From NCBI RefSeq assembly GCF_009914755.1, contig NC_060942.1: a stretch of DNA of 64,000 bases, one strand, 5' to 3'. The translations under genes and the position numbers were made by a program. The DNA comes from the human T2T-CHM13v2.0 reference genome, Homo sapiens. Below the pieces are notes generated by a model. That model did not search any database and had not been told where the DNA came from. It saw nothing but the letters and a program-made list of their open reading frames with translations. Of this stretch, positions 14,002 through 35,397 are shown one piece after another. Every line of letters starts with the position of its first letter. The stretch's first letter is position 1.

Positions 14002-14571
14002 TTAGTATTACTGAGTTTGCCTCTTGGTGAAGGCAGGGTCGGTAGACCTCCACTGTAAAAGCAGCTTTCCCTATGTCATTAAGAAAGAGCATTGCCTAGA
14101 TCTATTATGATAACGGTAGCAGTAAACTCTTAATTTTTAATATTAATTAGGGAAAAGATGTCCTACTCTGTGACTTCACCATAATACTAAGCAGTCAGGG
14201 AGCACCCTCGGTAGATATGGCTGATCATCCTCAAGAAAGGACTATTAAAATTACTTATCATCAGAAGTCAGAGGAAACCAGAACAACTTAAGGGAAGTTT
14301 AAAGAGATGAATTAAAAAATAAACTACGAGTCCAATCTCATTTCTTCTATCTTCTATCTTCAGTTTCAATTCTTTTTCAAATCTCTTTCTAGATAACAAC
14401 TAAATCTCATTAAGATAAGGTTTAGGCCAGGCGTGGTGTCAAGACTTGTCTCTATAAAAAATTAAAAAATAAAAGATCATACAAACAATGGACTGAGACT
14501 CCAAGCACAAGCTGTATTGTCACTGGCCTGCATCCTTTGTCAGATAAAGAAGCAAGCATCTAGTTCCAATA

Positions 14572-14877
<306 letters not shown>

Positions 14878-17494
14878 CCACTTATTTCTAAACTGTTGAT
14901 GACTTTTCTTAAAAATAACTTTCATTTCCTCTGGAATTACTGAACATGAAGTATTAATGAGGGTCTGATTCAAACAGAAACATCTACTGTTTGTCACTTT
15001 CTACTCTGAAGTGCCCACAGCCAGCCAGGAATCTGTGCTTCTCAAACTGCCAGCTTTACAACTGTTTCCACAGATGAAGAAACACACAAGGACAAAAGCA
15101 CATTCACTGTCTGGATAAAGTGCAGTAGAAATCAATCAGGGTTTTGCCTCACAGTGGATCTGTAACTTTAGGAACTTGAGGTCTCAAACACAAGGCATCT
15201 AAATGCAGGGACCACATCATCATTGCTGAGCCACACTTGATCAAACTAAAGCACTTCTGGACATAAGACACCAGATCTCTGCAAGGCTTTGCCAGATAGG
15301 AGCGGCAACAAAGCTCAGTTTAAAATAAAATCTATTAGCATGCACAATTTAGAACTCCCTGAAATAAAGTATTTCAAAAACCTGAGAACTTCATCACTCT
15401 GTCATTCTAAATATAGAATGACATTTTGCTCTACGATGCCTAGAAAGGCAGTAATGCGAGCTATCAGGGTAACCAAGACAAACACTGGTCAGTAATGAGG
15501 CATGATGTCAAATGCCCATCTTTCCAGCTACAAACTATTTTTCTCCCTTTCTTTTAATAGTAAGTAGGCAACAAGCAAATAACACAGAACTTTTTCCAGT
15601 TAAAACAAACAAACGAACAACACTAAAATATAACTAGCCTCTTGTCAGGTGAATTGACAATCTGTATTTAGTATAATCAACTTCAACTTTTAAATACAAT
15701 CATCCTACAGTGAAAATATTCGAATTCCTTTTTCTTTCATTCATGAATTTGATTTTTTTAAGCATTACTTGTGATTAAGATCTTCATATAGAATAAATTG
15801 ACTTTCAAATTTTGAAGGATCTAATAAAAACCCCAAGGAGGACTGTTCTGGAAAGCAACCCATCCTGCCCATTATAAATTCTCTACGTGATGCTATGACA
15901 GAATTGACCCAGTGGTCGTGGCGGGGCAGTAGTGGTGGTCTAGCAACCCGATTCCTATGCTAACAAATAGCCCCAAAGCAAGGTGTAATGGGGAAGGGTA
16001 TTATTTTAAAGTAGACAGTTGTATCACCATGTTTACATATAAGCATTCTGCAAAAAAGAGGGAGGAAAATAAAACTAAGAAAGTTGCATTTTACAGGGGA
16101 TGACAGAGCATCACCCACAGCTGCTTCAGATGCCCACAGCACTGAAGAAATCTTAAGCATTATTAAGATCACTAGATTATTCTGGGTCTACTTTTTCAGT
16201 TACAGAACTTTTACCAGAGAATAAGGAAAAGTAAAAGGAACAAAAATATTATTCTTAATAGCCTAAATGAGAATCTCATATTCAATTAATTAAAAGCTTG
16301 AATTTCTCCCTCTAAGGCCAGCCAGGAGGCCGAATGCCTTGCCTTATCATACATGGGCAACCTGACGAGGGCAAAAGAAACACATATGTATTTTTCATGT
16401 CATCTTTCACAGACTGAATCACAAAAATCCTCCATGACTCAAAAAAGAAAATTTAATATGTAGAAATCCATTCATTACATAGCAGGACTGAATGCCTACA
16501 ATAACTTTTGATCAAAATGGTAACTTTATTTTCTGTCAAAAAACCAAGGGCAGTTTTGAAGACTTCTATAAATATTAATCATGTCCAAAAATGTCATTAA
16601 TAAACCAAGAAACAATTCCATAAAATATACACCTAAAGAATCTTCTGCAAGGAAAGATACAATTCTTAAAGAAAAGGATATGCAATGAAGAAGGATATAA
16701 TTAAATAAGAGGAACATAATGTAAAGATACAAAGTGAAATAGAACAGCATCAATTACACAAGGTGAAAAAAAATCCTTTTAGAAATTTTGTCAAGAAACC
16801 TATGTGGTCCTGTGTTCCCAAAAATAGGTAGTTTCTATTCCATCATCCTGGAAGAGCTACTTATAGCTTAGTCTGCAATAGGCTGCTTCTAAAGAGTGAG
16901 CTTTACGTACAACACTAACCATATTTTGTTAATGTCTTGATATCAAGCCATTAAATATAATCAAGCACTGAAAACCACTCAACTCTGGAAAGTATAAAAT
17001 AATTCTCAACCAATTAGGAGAGTTTACTGAAGTGTCTAAGTCCTTCACGCACACCAGGCCCGGACACTGAGGAATGGGCACTCGGCCGACTAGTGGCAGA
17101 AATGGGAAATCACTGGTCCTCCTGCGCCTAAAGCAGTGTGAAGCAAATAACTTACCTTAAGGGGAAGGCATAGTATTAACAAGAGAGATGCACTTTAAAT
17201 TGTATGTTTCAAAACACTGGTAGGCTAGACCTACTAGATTAATTTCTGATCAGAACAAAAGACCTTTCCTTGACACTTACTGGACTTGGGTAATATCAAT
17301 GCAAACAAATTAGCCGGACTTTGGCAAAATCTTGCAAATTTCCCACCAAAACCATACATATGGCAAAATAGACATCTTTTCACATTTATGAACATTCTAA
17401 GAAATATATAATTATGGAGTCATGGTGCTGCCAAATTTCTGAAATTTGATTATTTTATGTCTGTGCTTTCCTGAATGCCAGGATGAGATCTGCA

Positions 17495-17755
17495 TATAGG
17501 AGAGTGTATGCTTTGAGATCAGACGCACCTAATTGGGTTTTTAGTCCAGGCACCACTTCTTAGCAACTGAGTTATTTTGGGAAAAGCTGAACTATTTTTA
17601 CTTCTCCTTGCCTAATCTGTTTTCTCATTCATAAAATGGGTGTAACTGTGTAACTTGCTTTATATGGTTGCTGGGAGGATTAAATAAGATGAAACAGTTA
17701 AAAACTGCACCAGATGCTTGCTCCAAACAGTAAGCAAATGTTAGCTATTATTATT
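17495..17755 (+). mobile_element. MIR
   Basis: ttttctcattcataaaatggg...gaggattaaataaga...gttagctattattatt. Confidence 0.7.
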
Positions 17756-17892
17756 AAAATGTGAAAAAACAGTTATCCTCTATTGATGAAAAACATTAAA
17801 GCATTTAAAAATCTAAAGCTATCATTAGTACAATTAAAAAGATTAATATTCTGGTAAGACAGGGAAAGACATTCAACTAAGCAAAAACTTAC

Positions 17893-18365
17893 TTCAAGGC
17901 TGCATAATAAAATGTTCCAAACCAAACACCAGAAGTTATTAGATGCACTGGAATCAGAACTTTTCCATACTGTCTAAATGTCTTCTTGAATCGTTGATAA
18001 AGACTAATAGATTTGTCTTGCAAAGGATCAGGCTCTTCCTTTTTTTCCGGAGTTCCCTGAGCTGTGGCACTGGATGAAAAAACCCTCCTGAATGAAACAT
18101 GTTGCTTCCCTTGCTTATGGCGAAGGACTCCTGGTTGGGGTGGATGAGCATCCAATGGCCTCCTTTCCTTTGCAACACACTGGGCAGCAGATAAATGCAA
18201 CCATTGTTTTTGAGGGCCTTGTACCAAAACCACTTTGGATTCAGCATTGTATAAAAGTAAAGGTCCCTTTACATTTTGACAGTGTCCAAAGAGACCAGCA
18301 TTATGTGGTTCCAAGCATGTCCTGCGTGCCAGTCGAGATACAGTCCGTGGTACATTCCATTGCAT
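17893..18365 (-). CDS. FAM210A: FAM210A first coding exon (exon 2; whole exon 18393-17893 including 28 nt of 5' UTR). Encodes aa 1-157 plus 2 nt: mitochondrial presequence, start of the DUF1279-type domain and hydrophobic segment
   Basis: ORF MQWNVPRTVSRLARR...FGTFYYAALK recognised as FAM210A. Acceptor ttgtctttgtag|AAG at 18394/18393, donor GAA|gtaagt at 17893/17892; 473 coding nt (phase 2). Confidence 0.97.
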
Positions 18366-18572
18366 TTTGAAGAGTGTTGATAGGTTTCAGCTTCTACAAA
18401 GACAATTTTTCAAAAAAATTAGGTAATACTTAGGTTTCCATTTTAAATCAATTCATTTGAAAATCAATCATTAACCATTAGGAAGTAAAAAGACAGACAC
18501 TGCTACATAATCCACAAAAACTGATGTTAGGGTATAGAGTTTAAGCACAGTGTAATTTTAAAATCTCATAAA

Positions 18573-19198
<626 letters not shown>

Positions 19199-19704
19199 TT
19201 AAATATGATATGGTAAACTAGTCCAGCTGACACCATGGGGAATAATGTTTTGAGGCCTCTTGTTCTATAGAAGCAGTGTAGTATAGTGGGGGAAAAAATA
19301 AGATCTGGGTTCTGATGCTTTGGGGATATAATTCCACATAATTCCCTTTCAGGAACCAAGCCCATGTCCACTACTAAAATGAAGATGACTTTACAGGATT
19401 GTCACCAGGAATTACATAAAATTTCTGATGTAAAGACACTTTTGTAAACTAATGAGCATCATAAATGTTATTTATGATTACAAATGTTAAAATCTGATGA
19501 ATTGTTGATATTAGTATTATTTACACTATAATGCCTTCGGACTAAGTTATCAAGTTATAAATCACTTACGTTATTGAATGGCGAGAAGAATTGCCTGGTA
19601 TTTATTTTCTTCCCCACCCCCATATCAATGGTGGAGAGAAAAAAAGTGTAGAGTGATGTCTCACTATTTGATCTGGCATCAGCATAGAACAAAGATTTAC
19701 AAGA

Positions 19705-19850
19705 TGGCGAGACACAGTGGCTTCGGCTTGTGGTTCCAGCTACTCGGGAGGCTGAGATGGGAGGACACTTGAGCCCAGGTATTTGAGGCTGTAATGCATT
19801 TGTGAACAGCTACTCCACTCCAGCCTGGACAATACAGCAAGACTGCAAGC
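19705..19850 (+). mobile_element. Old Alu monomer (FAM/FRAM-like)
   Basis: ccagctactcgggaggctgagatgggagga...ccagcctggacaa. Confidence 0.7.
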
Positions 19851-20401
19851 CTTTTTTTTTTTTTTTTTAAGAATTATAGAGACTTCCAGATAATTACTTA
19901 GCCTCTCTAGACAAAGGTTCTCCCAGTGGTAAATGTAATTATAGTAGCCATTACCATATAGTCAATCAGTCCCCTTCCTTCAACATCAGGTGGTACCACA
20001 CATGCCTTCCCACTCCCAATGCCAGCTCTACCTTACTACTAACATGTTGAGAACAGACACTTTAACTATATCCTAAGTAACAGACAGTGAGATCTGAATT
20101 AGCACCCCTATAAATGAGCACTGCAATAAATACAGATACTCCATCTTACACGAATATTCTTTATCTGGTGTACAAAGTTGACTGGCAAAACAAAAACTGT
20201 CATCATATAAAAACATTCATTAGTAATTATCCACCTACAAAAATTAATCCCCTGACTCATCCCTCCCAAATGAATAATTAACATCAGCTCCTAACAGACT
20301 CTCACAGATAATCCAACAACAGTACAAATGAGTTGATAAGGGAAACTGCAAATCTTGCAAAATAAATAGGCTCCCAAGAAGTCTTTTAAAAAGTGATACT
20401 G

Positions 20402-20828
<427 letters not shown>

Positions 20829-21345
20829 CTAACGAGAGGATCAAAATAAATGAGGTGAAAACTACAGAACAGAAAGGAGGAAAGAAATTCACTCTTAGAG
20901 ACGTCAACACTCCGGTCAACAACCTTGATAAACCCAGCAGGCAGAATGTCTGTAAGGATAGAGTTAAACTAAACAACAATGTTAATCAATTTGATCTAAC
21001 TGACATTTATAGAATACTCCATTCAACAACAGCAGAATACACATTCCACTCAAGTTCACATGGAACATTCAACAAGCAGACCCCATGCTGGGCCATTAAA
21101 TATACTGTAACAAATTCTAAAAAATGAAAATCATGCAAAGTTATGTTCTCAAACTAAAAGAGATACTAGAAACCATTAACATAAAGATAGCCGGGAACCC
21201 CCCCCACTCCCAATTATGTGGAATTTAAACAACATACTTCTAAAAAAAAATCTTCAAACTTCTAAAAAGAAATTTAAAAATATTTTGAAGTAATTGAAAA
21301 AAATACAACTTAACAAAATCTGTGGGATGCAGCAAAGCAGTGCTT

Positions 21346-22136
21346 TGAGGACTAAACTTTGACCTTTTTCCTCTTGTCCAAATTCCTATCTAAGGGGTCT
21401 GGGGAGTCACACCCTGCAAACCATGAAATTCCATCAGAGGGGTTTTATTTAACCCTATATAAATGGCTACTTTCCAACTTGACTCTGGCATAACATCACA
21501 TGACAGATAGAGAAGGAAATCAAAATATCTTACCCCAAAACACGTTTCTCTGCCATATTTTGAAATGACCCTGCAAAGCCATTTTTTTTTTTTTTTGGTG
21601 GAGAAAAACTGTATTTGTAAAGACTCTATTAACATAATCAGATCCCTGCTTCCAGGTCCTCTCAATCCTGAAGCGGTTAACTGAGAGTCTAGCACCTTTT
21701 AAAGGTCCGAATAGGAAACATTTGCCATCTATTGTCTCTAAGGACGGCCACCTTTGAGACTTCATCTATGTATTAAGAACCTTGGTATCCACAACCCCTT
21801 ATCTTAATTCAGACACTCTTTTCTATTGATTCCAGGTCTTTAGATAATAACTCTTCCAACCAATTGCCAATCAGAAAATCTTTTAATCCAGTTATGACCC
21901 ATATGCCCCCACTTTGAATTGTCCTGCTTTTCTAGGTGGAACCAATGTCTGTGTATACCCTACATATACTGACTGATGTCTTATGCCTCCCTAAAACGTT
22001 TAAAGCCAAGCTGTAACCCAACTACCTTAGGCACTTGTTCTCAGAACTTCTTGAGACTGCCTCAGACCCTGGTCACTCATTTGGTTCAAAATAAACCTCC
22101 TTAAACATTTCACAGAGTTTGACTCTTTTATCAACA
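21346..22136 (+). mobile_element. Solo ERV1 LTR, MER4E-like
   Basis: TGAGGACTAA...TCAACA ends, aataaa near the 3' end, TSD gctt/gttt. Confidence 0.8.
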
Positions 22137-22478
22137 GTTTACAGGAGGAATGCACATATTAGAAAAGAAGTAAGATCTAAACTCAATAAGCTAAGTTACC
22201 TCCTTAAGAAACTAGAAAAGAGGAGCAAGCAGAAAGAATCAATAAAAATCAGAGCAGAAAGCAACGAACATGAGGAAAAGAAAACAAAAAATATCAACAA
22301 AACCAAAACCTAGTTCTTTGGGGAAAAAATGAATAAAATTCATAAATCTCTAGCCAAGATAAACTAAGAGAGAAAACAAATGACCAATATTAGAAATAAA
22401 AGAGGAGTCATAACAACTGATCCCACGGATATTAAAAAAGCAATAAAGGAATACTATGAATAACTTTAACTCTATGCC

Positions 22479-22927
22479 TGTGAGAAAAGATCTTATCTGA
22501 GGAATTCAAGTCTTTTTAACCATCAGGCCCAAAGAGACATTAAAATGAGACCGAAATCACGCCCCACCTCCCCTCACCAACCCACCTCCTCTGAGCTGTG
22601 TATTCACCTCTTGAAACTGCTCGTTATTGCCATAACTATGAATTAACCTAATAATGCTATAATTCACAATCTATAGCTTAACGTATAGCCAATAACTCAA
22701 TGCTACGTCTGTAAACCAGTGAGAATTCCTGACAAACAACTCTTTATTAGTTCATTCCCTGTCCCCCACAATTTTGCCTTTAAAAATCCACTTACTTATA
22801 ACTGCTGCTAGTAAGTGTGTATATTCAGGGCAACTTGACTCTATGCTCCTGGGTTGCAATCCTTAGGCTTTGCCCAAATAAACTCTTTACTTACAATAAT
22901 TTTGCTTCAGCTTGTTTCAGGTTGACA
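22479..22927 (+). mobile_element. Solo ERV1 LTR (LTR24-like)
   Basis: TG...aataaa...GTTGACA inserted in L1 ORF2 between ctctatgcc and cccacaaatt. Confidence 0.65.
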
Positions 22928-23524
22928 CCCACAAATTATCAAACTTAGATGAAATGGACCAAGTCCTCAAAAAGACAAACTGCCAAAACCCACACAAGGA
23001 GAAATAAAAGACTTTACTAACTCTATATTCATTATTCATTAAAGAAATGGAATCAAAAATTAATATCCTTTCCAAAAACAAACAAACAAAAAAAGATCCC
23101 AGGCTGAGATTGATTAGTGAATTCTACCAAACATTTAAGGAAAAAATAATACAATTCAGAAAACAGAGGCAGAGAAGACTAACTCATTCCATGAGGCCAA
23201 AAGTGGCCCTAATACCAAAACCAGCTACATATAATCCAAGAAAGGAAAACTACAGACTAATACTTCTTATCAACATAGAAAGTAAAAATCCTCAACAAAA
23301 TATTAGCAAGTCAAATCCAACAATGTCTAAAAACTATCATACACCCAGACCCAGTGGGATTTAATCCAGATATGCAAAGGTATATCTAAGAATCAACTTA
23401 AAGGTATATTTAAGAATCAACTGGGAATAAAAATGAAATTGTAATCTCCCAAATGACTGAATGGACCTCTCTTGGCCAAGGGGACCCTGGTGAAACCTTG
23501 GAAGCTGAGTTCAGGTCACACGCC

Positions 23525-24246
23525 TGTTACCAGTAGTTAGACAGGTATGGCGGGGGCAGGAGAGGGCTCTTTCCCACCCACTAGAGATGTCAGGTGATGG
23601 TTCAGCAATTATCACACTACCTTTCTAAAAGTGATAAATTGGCAGCAGGGGCCAGAGAGAGGCCATTTCCTGATGGCCCACACCTGTTACACTAAAGTGT
23701 TAATTGAATGAAGGCACCAGGGAGAAGCAAAAAGGGCTTCCAACAAAATCTCAGGTATTGGACGAGTGAGCCGGGCACATGCATTAAGAGACAAAATGGC
23801 AGAGTATGACCTTCCAGGGGCACTCCACAAGAAAAGGGAAAAAAGCCTCAGATGGACGTGCATACAACTTCCTAAACACACTGCTCGTGCTCACTTCCCA
23901 AGTGTAAGGAGGGCACTGTACATGCAGGTAGCCCACCCTAAGGAGAATCATGGGAAAAGTGTGCAAGACACTGGAAGTGGGTCAGCCTATAAAGTCCTAG
24001 GATCATGGTTAAACACTGCACTTACCCTTCACATGCCCGCTTGGGTCTTTCCCAAGCATACTTTCTTTCTTGTTCTACAGCTTTTTTGAAAAATCTTCCA
24101 CTACTTCTCTGAAACTTGCCTCGGTCTCTTTTTCTTCCTTACGCCCATCAGTCAAATTCTTTCTTCTGAGGAGGCAAGAAATGAGATTGCTGCAGACCCG
24201 CATGAATTGGCCACTGGTAACTTTTGGATACCTCCCACCAGTAACA
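23525..24246 (+). mobile_element. Solo MER50-like LTR
   Basis: TGTTA...GTAACA ends; attaagagacaaaatggc, cctataaagtcctaggatc. Confidence 0.75.
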
Positions 24247-24402
24247 AACCCTTCAATATACCCCATCTCATTAACCTCCATTAGGCTTTCTTCCCTAGGA
24301 GATAAACAGAAACCGGCTCTCCAAAAGACTCCACACTGATAATGTCGATTACTAGCTTATCTTCCCATGTACAGAACAAAGACAAGATGAGATTAATTAT
24401 TC

Positions 24403-25360
24403 TGATACAATGATAGGGACAGGAGGCAGAGAAATTCTAGGCAGACAGGGACAGGTCCCTGGCAAAACCCCACCTTTGAGCAGGAAGCCTGAAACCCACA
24501 GCCCAAAGTGAGAACTTCCAAACGTGTGTGCCCGCTCTCTCCCAATTGGTTCTTTCTGAATGTCTTTTTACCAATCGAATGTTGTCTTTTCCAAAACTAC
24601 CTACAGCTCGGCCCCATCCTGTGCCTACAAAGACTCAGACTCAGCTGACAGAGGGGAGAAGTGGCCAGACGTCAGGAAAAAACAGCTGGACATCAAGAGA
24701 GGCACCTTGACTTCAGAGACGATGGCTGCATGAGGCAGAGAGGCAACTTAATTTCAGGCTGCCCTTCTCAGCCCCTTTCCAGCTCCTCTCCCCACTGAAA
24801 GCAGCTTTCATCACTCAATAAAATTCTCCATATTCATTATCCTTCAATCGTCTGCATGACCTCATTCCTCTTGGGCACTGGACAAGAATTCAGGAGGTGC
24901 CAAGTGTGGGTGCCCAAAAAGGTTGTCACTCTGGCTCTTTGCCCTCACTGGTGGAGAGCAGCCACCCCACGTGACGAGCCAAAGGGTCCACTGAGCGGAT
25001 AACGCTGCTGTCTGTAGATGGCGGAGCTAAGGCAGCACTGTATCATGGCCTCTAGGGCCTTGGGGTTGCAGGCACCCCCACCTAGATGCTACCACATGGC
25101 CTGCACGGAGTTCGCTCCAGCTGGTGCTAAAGCAGCCGGTTCCTGCACTCACTTGCCTGCGTGCTTTCTCCTGTGATGGGTGGAGCACAGCAGACCTGAG
25201 TGAGCAGAGTTTGCTCCTGCTGGCACCAAAGTGGCTGGCCAGTTCCCATGCTCATTTGCTCACATGCTCCCTCCCGTGAGGGGTTGAGCGGGGCAGGCCG
25301 AGTAAACAGGGCACCCCTGTCGCGAGTCCTGTGAAGGGGTCAAGAAAATATCCTGCATCA
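24403..25360 (+). mobile_element. Solo LTR27/LTR28-like ERV1 LTR
   Basis: TGATA...CCTGCATCA ends, caataaaa at about 24816, TSD attc/cttc. Confidence 0.7.
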
Positions 25361-26075
25361 CTTCCTTCATCCCTCCCTGAGGCATCTGCTTCCTCTGTTC
25401 CCTTTTCCTTCAGAGGTTCACCTTATCTTGTGTAAAACGTACATCTACTGGGCACTAACTAAAACCTCACAAATATGCAAGTATTCCTGTCACTAAACCT
25501 CCTGAGAACCAAAAAATCAGCCACAGATGTGTCTGTAACTTGTGTTTTTTCTGGGCACGCCTTCGAGATGGCCCAATAAGCCTCCACTGACTGTGACACC
25601 TACCTCAGTCACTCATTTTGGTTATCACAATCAATGTAACCCACCATATCAACAGGCTAAAGAAATCATATGATCATATGAATTGGTGGGGCAGCAAAAG
25701 CCTGACAAAATCTAACACCTATTCCCAACACCTATTCATGATTAAAAACAAATTTCTCAGCAAACTTGGAGGGGAACTTCTTCAACCTGATAAAGAACAT
25801 GTACAACAAACCTATTGCTAAACTCATCCATACTTAATGGTGGGAGGCTGGACGCTCGCCCCCGTGGCTGGGAACGAGGCAAAGATGACAGACAACCTCT
25901 ACTGCCACCGTGATTCAACATCATACTGCAATTCCCAGCTAGTGCAACAAGGCAAGAAAAAAAATTTAAAAAGTATACCGATTGGAAAGGAAGATGTAAA
26001 ACTTTTTATTGCATATGGTATGATTGTTTTTGTAGAATATCCAAAAGAATCTATTAAAAGACTCCTAGAAGTAAT

Positions 26076-32154
<6,079 letters not shown>

Positions 32155-32777
32155 AAAAGACTCCTGGAACTAATATGCAAGTACAGTGATTTTATAAGAT
32201 CAAATATATAAAAGTTAACTGTCTTTATAGATACTAGCAATGATACATAAGAATTTGAAGTTAAAAAATACCATTTATATAATAATATACTCTCCCAAAA
32301 TAGGTAGTATAAACAACATATGTATGAGACCTATATAAGGAAAACCTCAAAACTCTGAAAGAAATCAAAGGTCTAAATAAATGGAGAGATAGTCTACATT
32401 CATAGATAGACTCATTATTGTTAAGATAGCAGTTTTTGTCAGTATGATCTACAGATTCAACAATAATATCCGAATCAAAATCCTAGCAAACTGTTTCTTG
32501 TATCAACAACCTGATTCTGAAGTTTATATGGAAAGCCAAAATACCCAGAATAGCCAACAAAATACTGGAGAAGAACAAGGATTGACATTCATTAGCAGAC
32601 TCACATTATTAGACTTCACCAAAAAGCAGGATCTATGAATGAAAAAATTGGTAAGTTGGACTTCACTAAAAAAACATCTACAACTCTGCAACACATACTG
32701 CTAGGAAAATGAAAAGACAAGTCACTAAGCAGAAAATATTGTAAAACATTTATATGATAAAGGACTTGTATCCAATA

Positions 32778-33497
32778 CAGTCATGTATCACAGAGCTTCA
32801 GTTTCAGCCAGTGATGGACAGCATGAAAGACGGTGCCATAAGATAAAAGAGCGGAAAAATTCCTATTGCTTAATGACATCATATTCACGTGTTTGTGGTG
32901 ATGATGGTGGAGGTAGAAGACAGTGATACTGATGATCCTGCCCCTGGGTAGGCCCAGGCTAATGTGTGTTTGTGCCTTCATTTTTAACAAAAAGTTTAAA
33001 AAATAAAATAAAAATGAAAATATTAATAGGCAAAAGCTTATAAGCATAAAAATAAAGGTAAGCTAAAGTCAATTTATTACTAAATAAATTTTTAAAAATA
33101 AACTCAGTGTAGTCTAAGTGTACAGTATTTACAAAGTCCACAGTAGTATACAGTTATGTCCTAGGCCTTCACATTCACTCACTGACTCACCCAGAGCAAC
33201 TTCCAGTACTGCAAGCTCCAATTCATGGTAAGTACTCTGGTATAGGTGTATCATTTTTTATACTGCATTTTTACTGTAACTTTTCCCCATTTAGGTATGT
33301 TTAGACAGAAAAATATTTACATGTTACAATTGCTTACAGTATTCAGTACAGTAATGCGCTGTACAGGTTTGTGGCCTAGGAACAATAGGCTGTACCATCT
33401 AGGTTTGGGTAAGTATACCCTATGATGTTCTCACAATGACAAAATTGCCTAACTATGCATTTCTCAGACCACATCTCTGTTAAGCAACGTGTGACTG
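32778..33497. mobile_element. Tigger3 (MER7B/C-like) DNA transposon
   Basis: TA|CAGTCATG...GTGACTG|TA: terminal inverted repeats with TA TSD. Confidence 0.85.
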
Positions 33498-33850
33498 TAT
33501 ACAAAGAACTCTTAAAACTCAACAATAAGAAAACAACCCATTTACAAAATGGGAAAAAGATCTGAACAGAGCCCTCATTAAGATCTACAGATGGCAAAAA
33601 AAACAGAAAAAGATGTTCAATGCCGCATCATTAGAAAATTGCAAATTAAAAACACTAAGACACTACTACAAACTTATTACAATGCCTAAAATCCAAAAAC
33701 ATTAACACCACCAAATGCTGGTGAGGATGTGAAGCAACAGGAACTCTCACTTATTGTTGGTGGGAATGCAAAATGGTGCAGCCACTTTGGAAGAGAGTTT
33801 AACAGGTTCTTAAAAAGATAAACATACTCTTACCATACAATCCAACAATT

Positions 33851-33992
33851 GGCCAGGCATGCTGGCACACACCTGTAATCCCAGCTACTGGAGAGGCTGA
33901 GGCACAAGAATCACTTGAACCTGGGAGGTGGATGTTGCAGCCTGGGAGACAGAGTGAGACTCTGTCTCAAAAAAAAAAAAAAAAAAAAAAAA
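33851..33992 (+). mobile_element. Alu monomer with internal deletion
   Basis: Alu text plus poly(A); tccaaca on both flanks. Confidence 0.8.
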
Positions 33993-34360
33993 TTCCAACA
34001 GTTAAGTTCTATTCACCCACCTGAACTGAAAACTTATGCCCCCAAAAAACTGTACATAGATGTTTAAAGCAGCTTTATTCATAATTGCCAAAACTTAGAA
34101 GCAACCAAGATGTCCTTCAATAAGTGAATGGATAAACAAATTGTGGCACCTTCATACAAACAGAACATTATTCAGTAATGTGCTATTAAGCCATGAAAAC
34201 ACATAGAGGAACCTTAAATGCATATTGCCAAGTCAAAGAAGCCAGCTTAAAAAGGTTATTCTGGGAAAACACACTTTCTATACTCTCACACAACACCAAA
34301 ACAGTTTTTGGTCAGGTACAGTGGCTCACATCTGTAATTCCAGCTTAAGAATTAAGAACT

Positions 34361-34680
<320 letters not shown>

Positions 34681-34819
34681 TTAAGAATATCTAAATATCC
34701 TAGGATCCTGAGAATATCCGAGGATCCTAAGATCAAGATCCTAAAATCAAGAATTAATTCAGAGTAAGAATATCCAAATATCCTAAGATTCATTCCTTTC
34801 CACCTCTTTTTATTTACTG

Positions 34820-35288
34820 CAGAGACAGGTTAGTCCAAACTGCTTTTGTAAGCCCCCCCGCCATTTTGCAGACCTTGGTCAGAGTGAAACATTCCGCAGG
34901 GGTTCAGGCCATGAGAAACACCCTGCCTAGCCACCTGACCAAAAGGCACAGGAACATTTTTATCATACCATGTCAGGTAAAGGCCCAACTGAAGGAACAT
35001 CCCTATCATATCTTGCTGGGCAAAGGGCACAAGGAACATCCTTGGCCAAACCGCCAGACCACAGAAACATCTTATCGATATCCTCCGGGGCAGCAAGGCA
35101 TACCGCCCAGACCCCTCCCCCCGATACCTATAAGTACTCCAGCCTGTAAGCGGCAGTGAGCACTGGCATTAAACTGGTCCCCAACCTCTCAGGTTTATGC
35201 TGGACATAAATGCCTGCAGTTGCTGTAGAGCCGCCCTCTTTCTCTGTGTGTGTGTCTTTAACTCTCGTCTTCCCTTCAAATCCTAACA
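34820..35288 (+). mobile_element. ERV1-type LTR or fragment (subfamily uncertain, LTR38-like)
   Basis: TATA (cctataag), ATTAAA, ends cctaaca. Confidence 0.55.
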
Positions 35289-35397
35289 ACAGGGACTCGC
35301 TATGTTGCCCAGGCTGGTCTCAAACTCCTGACCTCACGCAATCCCACTTCAGCCTCCCAAAGTGCTGGGATTACAGGCGTGAGCCACCGCCTGGCCT
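35289..35397 (-). mobile_element. Alu left-arm/FLAM fragment
   Basis: gctatgttgcccaggctggtctcaaactcctg...cctggcc. Confidence 0.8.

Larger units (their letters stand above)
23422..25628 (+). mobile_element. MER4-group ERV1 LTR (subfamily uncertain, MER84-like) hosting two nested LTRs
   Basis: Pieces at 23422-23524, 24247-24402 and 25361-25628 read as one LTR ending cattttggttatca. Confidence 0.6.

Noticed and set aside
17954-18247. 97-aa alternative-frame ORF inside exon 2
   Set aside because: Preceded by the main ATG in good context and several other ATGs; no recognisable features.
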